This document shows, in pieces, positions 46,291-55,595 of a stretch of DNA of 64,000 bases. Source of the stretch: a virus; IMG/VR virus record IMGVR_UViG_3300036832_001118, positions 1 to 64,000 of that record; one strand, given 5' to 3'. Positions within the stretch are counted from its first letter, which is position 1. Each line of letters begins with the position of its first letter. Below the pieces are notes generated by a model that did no database searches, had not been told where the DNA came from, and worked only from the letters and a program-made list of their open reading frames with translations. The translations under genes and the position numbers were made by a program.

Positions 46291-47382
46291 ATGCTTACGA
46301 GAGATGTGAAGACTGCGACTACGAGCTATGGTGATCTTGTACATTACGCTGAGCGGGAGGTCGGCGCCAAAGCCTGGGCTTGCTTTTGTCGGTTCGGTGG
46401 CGTCGGCGACAACCTCATCGCTGCTGCCGTCGCCAAGCCGCTCAAGGATCTCGGCTATCTGGTCGAATGCATCAGCCAGGAGCCAAACCACGAGCTGTTC
46501 CTCAACAACCCACACATCGATAAACTGTCGGTCTACCAGCAAGAGGATTGGCCCAAAGATCAACTCGCCTGGTGCCAGTGGTTCGCCAAGCGGAGCAAGG
46601 AGTATGACCGCTTCGCCAATCTGAGCCATACCGTCGAGGTGCGGCATGCGGCATTCCCGGCCATGTCGTCATTTTGGTGGCCAGCACATTATCGCCGTAA
46701 GTTTTTTGCTGGCAGCTATCTGGAAACGGCCTGTGATCTGCTCGATGTTCCCTATACCTTTGATCGGCTGTTCTGGCCGACCGACGCAGAGGTCGAGAAC
46801 GCGCAAGAGACGCGCAACAAGATCGGTACCGGTCCGATCATCGGCTGGTGCTGCAATGGCACGCGCATCGATAAGGTCTATCCACAAGCTCCGCAAACCA
46901 TCGGCCGCCTGATCAAAGAGTTAGATGCGCAAGTCGTGTTGATCGGTCGAGGACCGGGCACGCCGGACTATGCGCTGGCTGAGCAGACCTTCCAAATGGT
47001 CGAAGCGCAGAACGGCAGCAAAGCCGGGCTGCAGCACGTGGGCGGCGACGGCTGGCCGTTGCGGCGGGTGTTGACGTTCACGCAATCGCTCGACCTTATC
47101 ATTGGGCCAGACACCGGGCCGCTCTGGGCGGTCGCGCTCGAGCCCAGCCCGAAAATCGTGCTGCATTCGCACGCGTCAGTCGAGAACATTTGTAAACATT
47201 GGCGCAACACCGTCAGCCTGCATGCTGATCCGCGCCGCGTCGATTGCTGGCCTTGCCACAGGCTCCACGACACCGCGGATACCTGCCGCTTGAACCAATG
47301 GAAGAATGGCGCCGCCTGCATCTCCTACATTCCGGCTGATGCAGTCATCAAGGCGGCGAGACAACTACTGCAATCAACCTGA
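46291..47382 (+). CDS. Glycosyltransferase family 9 (heptosyltransferase-like, GT-B fold)
   Basis: RFGGVGD, L..NPHID, K.YP, IGPDTGP.W...A, C-terminal CWPC...C...C. Confidence 0.85.
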   Translation: MLTRDVKTATTSYGDLVHYAEREVGAKAWACFCRFGGVGDNLIAAAVAKPLKDLGYLVECISQEPNHELFLNNPHIDKLSVYQQEDWPKDQLAWCQWFAKRSKEYDRFANLSHTVEVRHAAFPAMSSFWWPAHYRRKFFAGSYLETACDLLDVPYTFDRLFWPTDAEVENAQETRNKIGTGPIIGWCCNGTRIDKVYPQAPQTIGRLIKELDAQVVLIGRGPGTPDYALAEQTFQMVEAQNGSKAGLQHVGGDGWPLRRVLTFTQSLDLIIGPDTGPLWAVALEPSPKIVLHSHASVENICKHWRNTVSLHADPRRVDCWPCHRLHDTADTCRLNQWKNGAACISYIPADAVIKAARQLLQST

Positions 47383-47409
47383 GCCAACACATTTCATAAC
47401 GGTTCCCTG

Positions 47410-47432
47410 ACCCGCCACTCGGCGGGTTTTTT
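47410..47432 (+). terminator. Intrinsic terminator
   Basis: ACCCGCC-ACTC-GGCGGGT followed by TTTTT. Confidence 0.85.
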
Positions 47433-47445
47433 GTTGTCTGGAGAC

Positions 47446-47691
47446 ATGCTCATGCTTGAATTCGATACGCTCGTCGTTCCGCTCGATGCCAACGTGCAAC
47501 AGACGCTGGAAGCCAAGGGGCGCGAAGGCTGGATGCTGGTGCCCGGTACGACGCCGCGCGTGATCTATCAGATCTGCCGTCCAATCCAGACGCAGCCGCT
47601 CGCTGAGAACAAGGGCTTTGGCGTCCTGCGCATTGACGAGTCGCAAATCCACATCGTCGACAAAGACGGGAACAAGGTGGAGCGCCACTGA
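47446..47691 (+). CDS. Small hypothetical protein (L...G.EGW.LV motif, DUF4177-like)
   Basis: GGAG RBS; LEAKGREGWMLV. Confidence 0.6.
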   Translation: MLMLEFDTLVVPLDANVQQTLEAKGREGWMLVPGTTPRVIYQICRPIQTQPLAENKGFGVLRIDESQIHIVDKDGNKVERH

Positions 47692-47692
47692 C

Positions 47693-48379
47693 ATGCACGG
47701 GACCCTGATCCGCGGGATTGACGTGAATGGGCATAGCGTCGGCCCGATCGTCGATATGGACTACAACCCGTTGATCTTCAATCAGCAGAGTATCGACGCC
47801 GCCAAGAACGTGATCTTGACGCCAACAGCCAACATCACGGTCGCAGAGCGCTGGACCAATGAAACCGAATTTATGGTGCAGTATCTCGATCAGCTCAAAC
47901 TCACGCGCGACAGCTGGGTGTTGGACTATGGCTGTGGCGTTGGTCGTCTCGCCAAAGTGATGATCGAGCATTACGGTTGTCAGGTTGTCGGCGTTGATAT
48001 TAGCAAGTCGATGCGCAGTATGGCGCATACCTATGTGCAGAGCGACCGGTTCATGTCCTGCTCGGCGGAGATGTGCGATGCGCTGGCGCCAGACTTCGAT
48101 GTCGCGATTGCGGTTTGGACGCTGCAGCATTGCCGTCGCCCGATCGAGGACATCCAATTTATCTGGCGCAACCTCAATGGCGATGGCCGACTGTTGGTAT
48201 TGAATGAATCATTTCGCTATCTGCCGGTGGTCAACGGCCGCAGTTGCGATTGGGTTGATGATCATCAGGAAGTCTGGGGCGAACTGCGCAGGCTTTTCCA
48301 CCAACATTGGGAACAACCATTCCCGTCTTCACAAGGTCGCTTGGCATTTTACCAGCGGCACGATCAAGCAGAGGAGTAA
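47693..48379 (+). CDS. Class I SAM-dependent methyltransferase
   Basis: VLDYGCGVGRLA, VVGVDIS.SM, FD..IA..TLQH, L...G.L. Confidence 0.9.
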   Translation: MHGTLIRGIDVNGHSVGPIVDMDYNPLIFNQQSIDAAKNVILTPTANITVAERWTNETEFMVQYLDQLKLTRDSWVLDYGCGVGRLAKVMIEHYGCQVVGVDISKSMRSMAHTYVQSDRFMSCSAEMCDALAPDFDVAIAVWTLQHCRRPIEDIQFIWRNLNGDGRLLVLNESFRYLPVVNGRSCDWVDDHQEVWGELRRLFHQHWEQPFPSSQGRLAFYQRHDQAEE

Positions 48380-48385
48380 AATGCT

Positions 48386-48796
48386 ATGGCGAATATCGGT
48401 TTGTGGGCGCAGAAGAACATGCTTGACTGGGTGCTGTTAGGAGCAGCACCAGCCAAGCCGCCCGGCACCTATGTCGGGCTGAGCCTTGGAGCGCCAACCT
48501 ATCAGACCATGTCGGAGGTGGGTGCTGGCTCTGGTTACAGCCGCATCGGCGCAGCGACGACTTGGTTTACCCCCGCGACTACCGGTGGCGGCGTTGGCAC
48601 GACATGGAACGCGACCGCAGCCACGTTTGGCCCGTTCTCATCCTCGGGGGCGATCAGCGGATTAGTCGTTGTTGACAACGCAACCAGCGCGACCCCCAAC
48701 ATGCTTTGGTACGGCAACTTGGCCACGCCGCGCACCCCGCTGGCGGGTGACTCTCTGGTCCTTGCCAGTAGCGCGCTGGTCATCACCTTGTCCTGA
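48386..48796 (+). CDS. Small virion fibre-module structural protein
   Basis: YVGL..GAP....EV..GYSR, N....TF, D..T..N.L.YG.L..R....GD motifs typical of minor tail proteins preceding long fibres. Confidence 0.7.
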   Translation: MANIGLWAQKNMLDWVLLGAAPAKPPGTYVGLSLGAPTYQTMSEVGAGSGYSRIGAATTWFTPATTGGGVGTTWNATAATFGPFSSSGAISGLVVVDNATSATPNMLWYGNLATPRTPLAGDSLVLASSALVITLS

Positions 48797-49107
48797 TGGC
48801 GTGGCAACGCGGCGGCTATTGCTGCAGGTGCGGTGACTGCTGCGTCGGGAATCCGTTTCCCGATCCGGATGATCCCAACGCATCGGCGGCGATGAAACTG
48901 CCGCCCGAAGTCAATGGCTATTGCCCGCTGTTTAAGTGGGCAAACCTGCCGGAGGGCCCTGGCTTCTGCAAGGGCCACGCCGGCGCGGTACCGGCGGGAC
49001 GGGAGGACCCATTCTACCTGAATGGCTGCAACGTGTGGCCACAGTCGCCAAGCGAGATTTCTGAGTACAAAAACTGTACCTACTCATTCACCTGGGTTGA
49101 CGACTAG
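48796..49107 (+). CDS. CxxCxxCC cysteine-cluster protein (YkgJ/FliB-like metal binding)
   Basis: CCRCGDCC, CPL, C..H, C..WP, C.Y.F. Confidence 0.7.
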   Translation: MAWQRGGYCCRCGDCCVGNPFPDPDDPNASAAMKLPPEVNGYCPLFKWANLPEGPGFCKGHAGAVPAGREDPFYLNGCNVWPQSPSEISEYKNCTYSFTWVDD

Positions 49108-52100
49108 TGGCAACGAAGACCTGGTACATCCTCAACACAAATGGGGCCAGCCCAAACTTCATGGGCAACCTCCAGGATGGAGGCACCTCTCCGAGTGTAG
49201 CTAATTGCTCCTTCGGCTATGCTCCTGGCAAGCTGGCGATCAATTCCTACTGCAAGTCATTTCTGGGCGCCATCAGCACCAGCAGCACTAGCGGCACGAC
49301 ATCGTACATCAACAGTGCCGCTGGCCCAGGCAAGGGCACCGGCACAAGTACCAGCACGGCCGGTGACAGCTTCGCTACCCCCGTGCCATACTCGGTATCG
49401 TTCGCGGCCGGGACCTGGACCTTCACCTGGAACATGATCGCCAACACTGCCACCCTGACGGGTAGGCTGTGCATGAGGGTGTGGGCCAGCGTTAATCAGG
49501 ACAGCACCAGCGCCAGGGAGCTGACGTCTGGGGCAGTGTTCAGCAATGTGCTGGGCATCTCGACCAGCGGCACGACGCTGACGACATCCTGGTCGGCCCC
49601 TGCCATCACCTTGAACAATGAGTATTTGTTCTTTCAATTAGAGTGGCAGGAGCAGACCAGCACTGGTAGCTCAGTCTCTGACAATGCCTTGTTCCGCCAG
49701 GGCAGCAGCATCGTCAGCGCTTCTGCTGCTGTTGTTGCCAACATCTCTGCGAACCTTGCTGGTGCCGGCGCGCTCACCGCCGACGCGACCATTCTGACTG
49801 TCGCGCTGGGCACGCCGACCGGGCCATCTGGATCGAGCGTCTGGTACAAGTTCGAAGACAGCACGACCACCGACAGCTCGGGCAACAACAACACCGGCAC
49901 ACTGGGCGGTTCGCCACTGCCAGTGCTGGGCACCGGCAAGTTCGGCCAGGGCATGGTGTTCGGCGGCCCCTCTGGCGGAATTGCTGTCCCGTCCGCCGCG
50001 GTTAGCGTTCCGACCGCCACCTCGTCATTCTCGGTCATGGCGTGGGTCAAGACGTCGTTTAATGGCGACGGCCAACCCATATTCGGCGGCCGCACTGGCA
50101 GCAGCACGTCGATCATTGACTTCATGCTCGGTTACAATGGTGTCGACAATGCCGGCACCAACACAGCGTCCATCCTCGTCTGGGCCGACGATGGTTCTGG
50201 CCAGACGCACATCAACGGCACCACGGCCCTCAACGACAATGCGTGGCACCACGTGTGCGTCGTGTTTGATGGCAGCGGTGGCGCCGCGTTATCAGATAAT
50301 TTTAATCGTGCAAATGGCTCGCTCGGTTCCCCCTGGATCAACTCGCCGAGCCTCACTGGGCTCGCCATCGCCAGCAATCAAGTCACGATGGGCAGCGCGG
50401 CCTGGGCGCTGGCGTACTGGGACCCAGCGGTTAACGCCGCCCCCGCCGATCAGTGGGCGTCGGTGGTTTGCTCTGCCGGGACTTTTATGGGTCCGGTGGT
50501 GCGGCATCAGTCCGGTGCATCGTCTGGCTACATGTGCTTCTACAACGGCAATGCCAGCGGCCTGATCTATCTCTACAGTTTTACTGGCGGCACGTTTAAT
50601 TTTCTGAGCAACGCTGTAGGCAGTTGCAACATCGGCGATACGCTGACGCTGCAGGCCGTCGGCTCGACGCTACGGGTGCTCGTTAACGGCGTCTCCACAG
50701 GTACTTTTACCGACACAACCTATTCCAGCGGCCAGCCCGGCATCGCGGCTCAACAAGGCACGCTCGATAATTTCAGTGCGGGTACTACGCAGACACTAAA
50801 ACTCTACGTTGACGGCACCCAGCAGGGTTCGACGACGACGGCGCCGTTGACGTCGGGCATCACGCTCAACAACGCCTATGTCGGCCGCGAGAATGCCCAA
50901 GGCTGGGGCATCACCGGCACCATCGACGACTTCCGGTTCTATCCCAAGGCGCTGACAGTAACCGAGATCGGCACCTTGCTGGTCGGCGTGGCAGGCGCGA
51001 CCACTTGGCAGGGCAGCGCGACCCCAGCAGGTACCGGTGCCCTGACTGTCAATGCCAACTTACTCGCGCAGGCTGCTGCTGTATTAGCTGGCGTTGGTGC
51101 ACAGACTGCTAGTGCATGGCTGTATATGCCAGCATCACTGGCGCCTCTTGCTGGTGTCAGTGCCCTGACTACGACATTGCGGCAGAGCCTGCCTTTCGCC
51201 GCTTCGCCCTTCTCTGGTGTCGGCGCGTTTGCGCCGCTGAATCTGTCGCCGCAACTGGTCAGCAGTGCCAGTTTCAGTGGCGCCGGTCAGGCCAGTTGGC
51301 CGACGATCAATCCGATCAATCAACTGTTGGTAGCTCGGGCAACGTTGGCTGGCGCGAGCAGCGAGTCATCCGCGCTCAACGTCTTGCTTGGTACTACATC
51401 GGCGCTGAGCGGTGCGGGCCAAGCCAACTGGCCGACCACTAATCCCGTCAATCAGCTGCTGGTAGCTTCCAGCTTGCTAGCTGGTGGCAGCGCCTTGGTC
51501 GGCGACGTAACGCGAGTCGTCGGTGCGGGCACCCAGTGGCAGGGCACGGCCCTGTGGGCTGGAGCATCCACGCTCGCTGCGCAAGCAACAGCGATTCTCG
51601 TTGCCTCCTCCAGTCTGGCAGGCAGCGCAGCCCTGACCGTACAAGTTGGTGTCGGGCTCGCCACGACTGCTGCGTTGAGTGGCGCTAGCAGCCAATCGTC
51701 TGCGCTGAGTGTTCTGCTCAGAACCACATCGGCACTGAGTGGTGTCGGCGCTGCTAGTTGGCCAACGATCGATCCTATCGATCAGCTGTTGGCCGCGACC
51801 GCGACGTTGGCCGGTGCCAGCACCTCGGCATCGAGCCTGCTGACGCTGCGGCCGGTCACCGCCACGCTCGCTGGCGCCAGTGCGCAACTCGCCAGCATGA
51901 CGGCGAGGATGCCCAGCGTTGCGGCCTTGGCTGGGGCTGCGACGCTTGCGGGTAGTTTAAGCCAAACTCTCTTGAGCAGTGCGATCTGGGCTGGAGCGGG
52001 CGCGGCTCTCAGCGGCCTGACGCAGCAGCTCTCTGTTAACGTGGCTTCCTTTGCTGCGGTCGGCAATCTTACGGGCGACGCTCCAGTGTTGCGCGCCGCC

Positions 52101-53750
52101 TATGCAACCTTTGCCGGCAGCAGCGCTCTCACCGTCGCTCCGGCGCAATGGCTGACTAGTACTGCCGCATTTGCCGGCGCGGGATCGCTCATAGCCACGC
52201 CGGTCCAATGGCAGGGTATTGCAGCGCTTGCTCCGGGCGCCAGTACCCTCAACGGCGATCTCTTTATTCCTGGCCATAACGCATGGTCGGCGATCCTGAA
52301 CGTCTGGCCAGCGACCGGCACCCTGATCGCTGCCACGACGGCACAGCTTGCGGCAGTTTCGAATCTTGCCGCAGCCTCCACCCTCGCCGGTTCGCTGACG
52401 ACGCGGATGCCGATCAGCGCCGTGGCTACAGGCGCCGGACAACTCAGCGCAACCGCGGCGCAGGCGGTTGCGGCAAAATCGACGCTGGCTGGTGCTGGGC
52501 AATCGGCGGCCACTTCGTCGAGCCTGCAACTGGCTGCAAATGCGAGTGTTTCCGGCGTCGGCGGGCTCACCGGGAATTACTATCAATTACTATCAATTAC
52601 CAGCAGCGTCCTGAACGGCCTCGGTGGTCTCGTCACGACCCCGGCCCAATGGATGCAGACGACCTCCGCGTTGAACGGCGTTGGCGCCCTGGCTGGCGAC
52701 ATCGTCAAGCTCACCGGCGGCCAACTGCGGCCGATCGATGCCGTAGTCTATCTCGGAACGAGTGCGCTGACGGCGCAGACGGCCCAATGGCTGCAAGGCC
52801 TCGTGACATGGTCCGGCGCGGGCGCACTCACCCCACCGTCCGTTTCCGTCATCGAACCTGTGACGCTCTCCCTCGGTGGACAGAGTTCGATGGCCGCGTC
52901 GGCCGCTTTGCGAATGTCCGCGGTCTTCGCGGCGGCTGGCGTCGGTCAGGTCGCGGCTGATCTCGTTCGCTTCACGCCCGGTATACAGCAGGGCTCAGCG
53001 TTGTTGACCGGCGCGTCTTTACTCGTTGCCGCCACCAGCCAGAGTATGGCCGTCAACTTGGCGCTGGCGGGCAATGGGACGCTGACGGGCCTCGGCTCTC
53101 TCAGAATGGCCGCCAGCTCGTTGTGGGCCGGGTCGAGCGTGCTGACGGCGGATCTCGGTCGCCTCGGTCAGGCTACGCAAATCGCGACGGCGCTCGCTGG
53201 GGTTGGTGGGTTCAGCGCCGTTGCCAGTTTGGCGCTACCACTCAAGGCGAGCTTTGGTGCGGCCGGCACGCTGATCGCCGTCGCCCAACAGTTAGCGGCG
53301 CTCGCACCGCAGCCATTGCAGGGCGCTGGTGCGATAAATGCGCGTGCCACCAACCTGATGGCGCTGCAAACGCTGCTCGGCGGCGCCAGCAGTCTGACGG
53401 CTGCGCCCACGCAATTCCAACAGGTCGCCGGCATTCTGGCCGCGGCCGGCTATAGCGCCGCCTACCTCGGTCAGATCCAGCTGCTCAGCCAGCAAATCCT
53501 ATTCGGCACTGGCGTGCTGGGTGCCAACCTGATCCAGACGTCGATCCGGGTTGTCACCGCCACGATCATCGGGCGCCCCAGCGAATCTGGAATCAACGTT
53601 ACCGGGCGCAACCCGAACACCTCCACGGTAACGGGCCAGGACGAGCGTGCCGGGATCAGCGTCACTGGGCGCAAGAGCGCCACCACGGTGACTGGTCAGA
53701 ACCCGCGAACCGGCATCATCGGCCAAGGCGACTTCGTCACTCTGCATTGA
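49107..53750 (+). CDS. Giant fibre/adhesin-like protein: Ser/Thr-rich N-domain, LamG with nested insert, ~900 aa of Ala/Gly/Ser/Thr repeats
   Basis: 1547-aa ORF; LamG motifs; recurring LAGAS/LAGAG roughly every 21-25 aa. Confidence 0.8.
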   Translation: MATKTWYILNTNGASPNFMGNLQDGGTSPSVANCSFGYAPGKLAINSYCKSFLGAISTSSTSGTTSYINSAAGPGKGTGTSTSTAGDSFATPVPYSVSFAAGTWTFTWNMIANTATLTGRLCMRVWASVNQDSTSARELTSGAVFSNVLGISTSGTTLTTSWSAPAITLNNEYLFFQLEWQEQTSTGSSVSDNALFRQGSSIVSASAAVVANISANLAGAGALTADATILTVALGTPTGPSGSSVWYKFEDSTTTDSSGNNNTGTLGGSPLPVLGTGKFGQGMVFGGPSGGIAVPSAAVSVPTATSSFSVMAWVKTSFNGDGQPIFGGRTGSSTSIIDFMLGYNGVDNAGTNTASILVWADDGSGQTHINGTTALNDNAWHHVCVVFDGSGGAALSDNFNRANGSLGSPWINSPSLTGLAIASNQVTMGSAAWALAYWDPAVNAAPADQWASVVCSAGTFMGPVVRHQSGASSGYMCFYNGNASGLIYLYSFTGGTFNFLSNAVGSCNIGDTLTLQAVGSTLRVLVNGVSTGTFTDTTYSSGQPGIAAQQGTLDNFSAGTTQTLKLYVDGTQQGSTTTAPLTSGITLNNAYVGRENAQGWGITGTIDDFRFYPKALTVTEIGTLLVGVAGATTWQGSATPAGTGALTVNANLLAQAAAVLAGVGAQTASAWLYMPASLAPLAGVSALTTTLRQSLPFAASPFSGVGAFAPLNLSPQLVSSASFSGAGQASWPTINPINQLLVARATLAGASSESSALNVLLGTTSALSGAGQANWPTTNPVNQLLVASSLLAGGSALVGDVTRVVGAGTQWQGTALWAGASTLAAQATAILVASSSLAGSAALTVQVGVGLATTAALSGASSQSSALSVLLRTTSALSGVGAASWPTIDPIDQLLAATATLAGASTSASSLLTLRPVTATLAGASAQLASMTARMPSVAALAGAATLAGSLSQTLLSSAIWAGAGAALSGLTQQLSVNVASFAAVGNLTGDAPVLRAAYATFAGSSALTVAPAQWLTSTAAFAGAGSLIATPVQWQGIAALAPGASTLNGDLFIPGHNAWSAILNVWPATGTLIAATTAQLAAVSNLAAASTLAGSLTTRMPISAVATGAGQLSATAAQAVAAKSTLAGAGQSAATSSSLQLAANASVSGVGGLTGNYYQLLSITSSVLNGLGGLVTTPAQWMQTTSALNGVGALAGDIVKLTGGQLRPIDAVVYLGTSALTAQTAQWLQGLVTWSGAGALTPPSVSVIEPVTLSLGGQSSMAASAALRMSAVFAAAGVGQVAADLVRFTPGIQQGSALLTGASLLVAATSQSMAVNLALAGNGTLTGLGSLRMAASSLWAGSSVLTADLGRLGQATQIATALAGVGGFSAVASLALPLKASFGAAGTLIAVAQQLAALAPQPLQGAGAINARATNLMALQTLLGGASSLTAAPTQFQQVAGILAAAGYSAAYLGQIQLLSQQILFGTGVLGANLIQTSIRVVTATIIGRPSESGINVTGRNPNTSTVTGQDERAGISVTGRKSATTVTGQNPRTGIIGQGDFVTLH

Positions 53751-53763
53751 TCGGAGAGCATCC

Positions 53764-54258
53764 GTGCCCGTCACCTATCACGCCGACATCGATGTCGTGT
53801 CCGGTACCGACTGGACGATTGCCGGCACCCTCTATGACGCCACCGGCAAACTGCTCGACGTCACCAATTGCGCGCTAGCTTGGGTGTTGCTCGATCCGGA
53901 CGGCAATCCAGTTCTGCCGACCGATCTCAACATCACGATCAGTAAGACAGATCCGGTTAATGGTGCCATCCAAATCACCGTGCCGATGCAATACACCTAC
54001 CTGCGGCCAGGCCGTTACACCGATGCACTGCAAGTGACTGAGGGCACTTCGACGGACGTGTTTTGGATGGGGCAACTGCGTTGCGCCGCTAACCCGCTCA
54101 ACGTGTTCAACAACATCGTTGAACAGCCCGTCCCGCCGCCAGCACCCACTTCTTCCTACGAAGAAGCGTTGGTTGTCGTGCCGCAGTGGTGGTGGACGGT
54201 GCCAAATGCAGCCGCGCCCTACTACCCCTACTACCCCTACTACGGGGGTTGGTGGTGA
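53764..54258 (+). CDS. Ig-like (BppU-like) structural protein with an aromatic C-terminal tail
   Basis: G.DW.I...LYD..G..LD.T, I...DP.NG.I.I, L.PG.Y.D.L; ends YYPYYPYYGGWW. Confidence 0.65.
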   Translation: MPVTYHADIDVVSGTDWTIAGTLYDATGKLLDVTNCALAWVLLDPDGNPVLPTDLNITISKTDPVNGAIQITVPMQYTYLRPGRYTDALQVTEGTSTDVFWMGQLRCAANPLNVFNNIVEQPVPPPAPTSSYEEALVVVPQWWWTVPNAAAPYYPYYPYYGGWW

Positions 54259-54734
54259 CGTCGCCGTGGCCGCACGACGATCAGATTAGCTTGATGCGAT
54301 TCTACGGCCGTCCTGGCCGGGTGGCGATGGGCAACGTGCTGGTGCCCTGGCACATGATCTACAACGAACCACCGCATCCGACGATTCAGCATTTCGCGAT
54401 GCACGTCAAATGCGTGGCCGCGATGAACCGTATCTTGCAGGCCATCTGGGACCACTACGGCCATTCGCAGGAAGCCATCGAAGAAGTAGGCATGAATATC
54501 TGGGGCGGCGCCTACAACCCGCGCAAGATCCGCGGCTCTAACCGCTGGTCGACGCACGCGTTTGGTGCCGCGGTCGATTTCGACCCTGATCATAACGAGA
54601 TGAACTTCTCACCGCATAATCCGCACAAGATGGCGCAGCCGGTGATCGACTGCTTCAAGGCTGAGGGCGCGTTCTGGGGTGGTGATTTCAGGGGCCGAAA
54701 AGATCCCATGCATTTTCAGTTTGCGCACGAATGA
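54255..54734 (+). CDS. M15-family peptidase endolysin
   Basis: GAYNPRKIRG..WSTHAFGAAVD, WGG.F....DPMHFQ. Confidence 0.85.
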   Translation: MTSPWPHDDQISLMRFYGRPGRVAMGNVLVPWHMIYNEPPHPTIQHFAMHVKCVAAMNRILQAIWDHYGHSQEAIEEVGMNIWGGAYNPRKIRGSNRWSTHAFGAAVDFDPDHNEMNFSPHNPHKMAQPVIDCFKAEGAFWGGDFRGRKDPMHFQFAHE

Positions 54735-54740
54735 GGTCTC

Positions 54741-55595
54741 ATGCAAGCCAACTACGACAAGTTCATCCGGCGCGTCATCGCCATGTATGAGGGTGGGTAT
54801 TGCAACGATTTTGGCGACCCCGGCGGGCCGACGAAATTTGGCATCACCTGCTATGACCTGGCGCAGCACATGGGACGGAGGATGCAATCAAAAGCCGCCT
54901 GGGCGCCGATCGTGCGTGCCATGTCGTTGCAGACCGCCGAAGAAATCTATGCGAGCAAGTATGCGACTAAGGATCGCTTTAACGAACTGGAGTCGGGCAG
55001 CGACTGTGTGATCCTCGACTACGGGATCAATAGCGGTGTGCTGCGGCCGGTGTGGATTGCACAAAAAATCACTGGCCGCCCGCGCTCCAATATCTTCAAT
55101 GACGATCTGGTCAAAGCGATCAACGACTATTCGGCGCATCGTTTCGTCGAACGTATGTGCGATGAGCGCATGACGTTCCTACGTGGGCTCGCTATCTGGC
55201 CACGCTTTCGTGGCGGCTGGTCAACGCGTGTCGCCGACCTGCGGCGCTATTGTACGAGCCTTGCCAATGACCAGCCGGTCGCGCCCCCAAGGGATGTCGT
55301 CTCCGATCACGTCGCATCTGTGAAGACGGCGCAGCGCGAATACAATCAACTCTATCAGCTGCATCTCGACGTTGATGGGTTTGAGGGGCCCGAGACCAGG
55401 GCCGTCACCCGCCGCTTCCAACAAGAGTATGGGCTCGAGGTCGACGGCATCATCGGTGAGCACACCATGGCCAAACTGGCGGAAGTCGTGCCGCCGGTGC
55501 CGGGCGTGCTTTCGTTGTTCGAGGACGAAGCGCCGGAAGCCATGGCCAAGGGTGTCGAAAACGTTAGCGACATCCATTTGGAGTACGAACATTGA
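54741..55595 (+). CDS. GH108 lysozyme with C-terminal peptidoglycan-binding domain
   Basis: EGGY.ND.GDPGG.TKFGIT, D.GINSG, F..GW..RV; VDG..GP.T...FQ..GL.VDGIIG..T. Confidence 0.92.
   Translation: MQANYDKFIRRVIAMYEGGYCNDFGDPGGPTKFGITCYDLAQHMGRRMQSKAAWAPIVRAMSLQTAEEIYASKYATKDRFNELESGSDCVILDYGINSGVLRPVWIAQKITGRPRSNIFNDDLVKAINDYSAHRFVERMCDERMTFLRGLAIWPRFRGGWSTRVADLRRYCTSLANDQPVAPPRDVVSDHVASVKTAQREYNQLYQLHLDVDGFEGPETRAVTRRFQQEYGLEVDGIIGEHTMAKLAEVVPPVPGVLSLFEDEAPEAMAKGVENVSDIHLEYEH

Noticed and set aside
50286-50789. Intein or intron as the LamG insert
   Set aside because: No N-terminal Cys/Ser plus C-terminal His-Asn splice motifs; the frame is continuous and the insert looks like a beta-sandwich.
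23104-53750. Diversity-generating retroelement or invertible fibre cassette explaining the repeated domains
   Set aside because: No reverse transcriptase, no adenine-specific TR/VR pair and no inverted fibre gene copies are visible.
54218-54243. CCCTACTAC x3 repeat
   Set aside because: An in-frame PYY coding repeat; a unit of 9 nt cannot cause phase variation.
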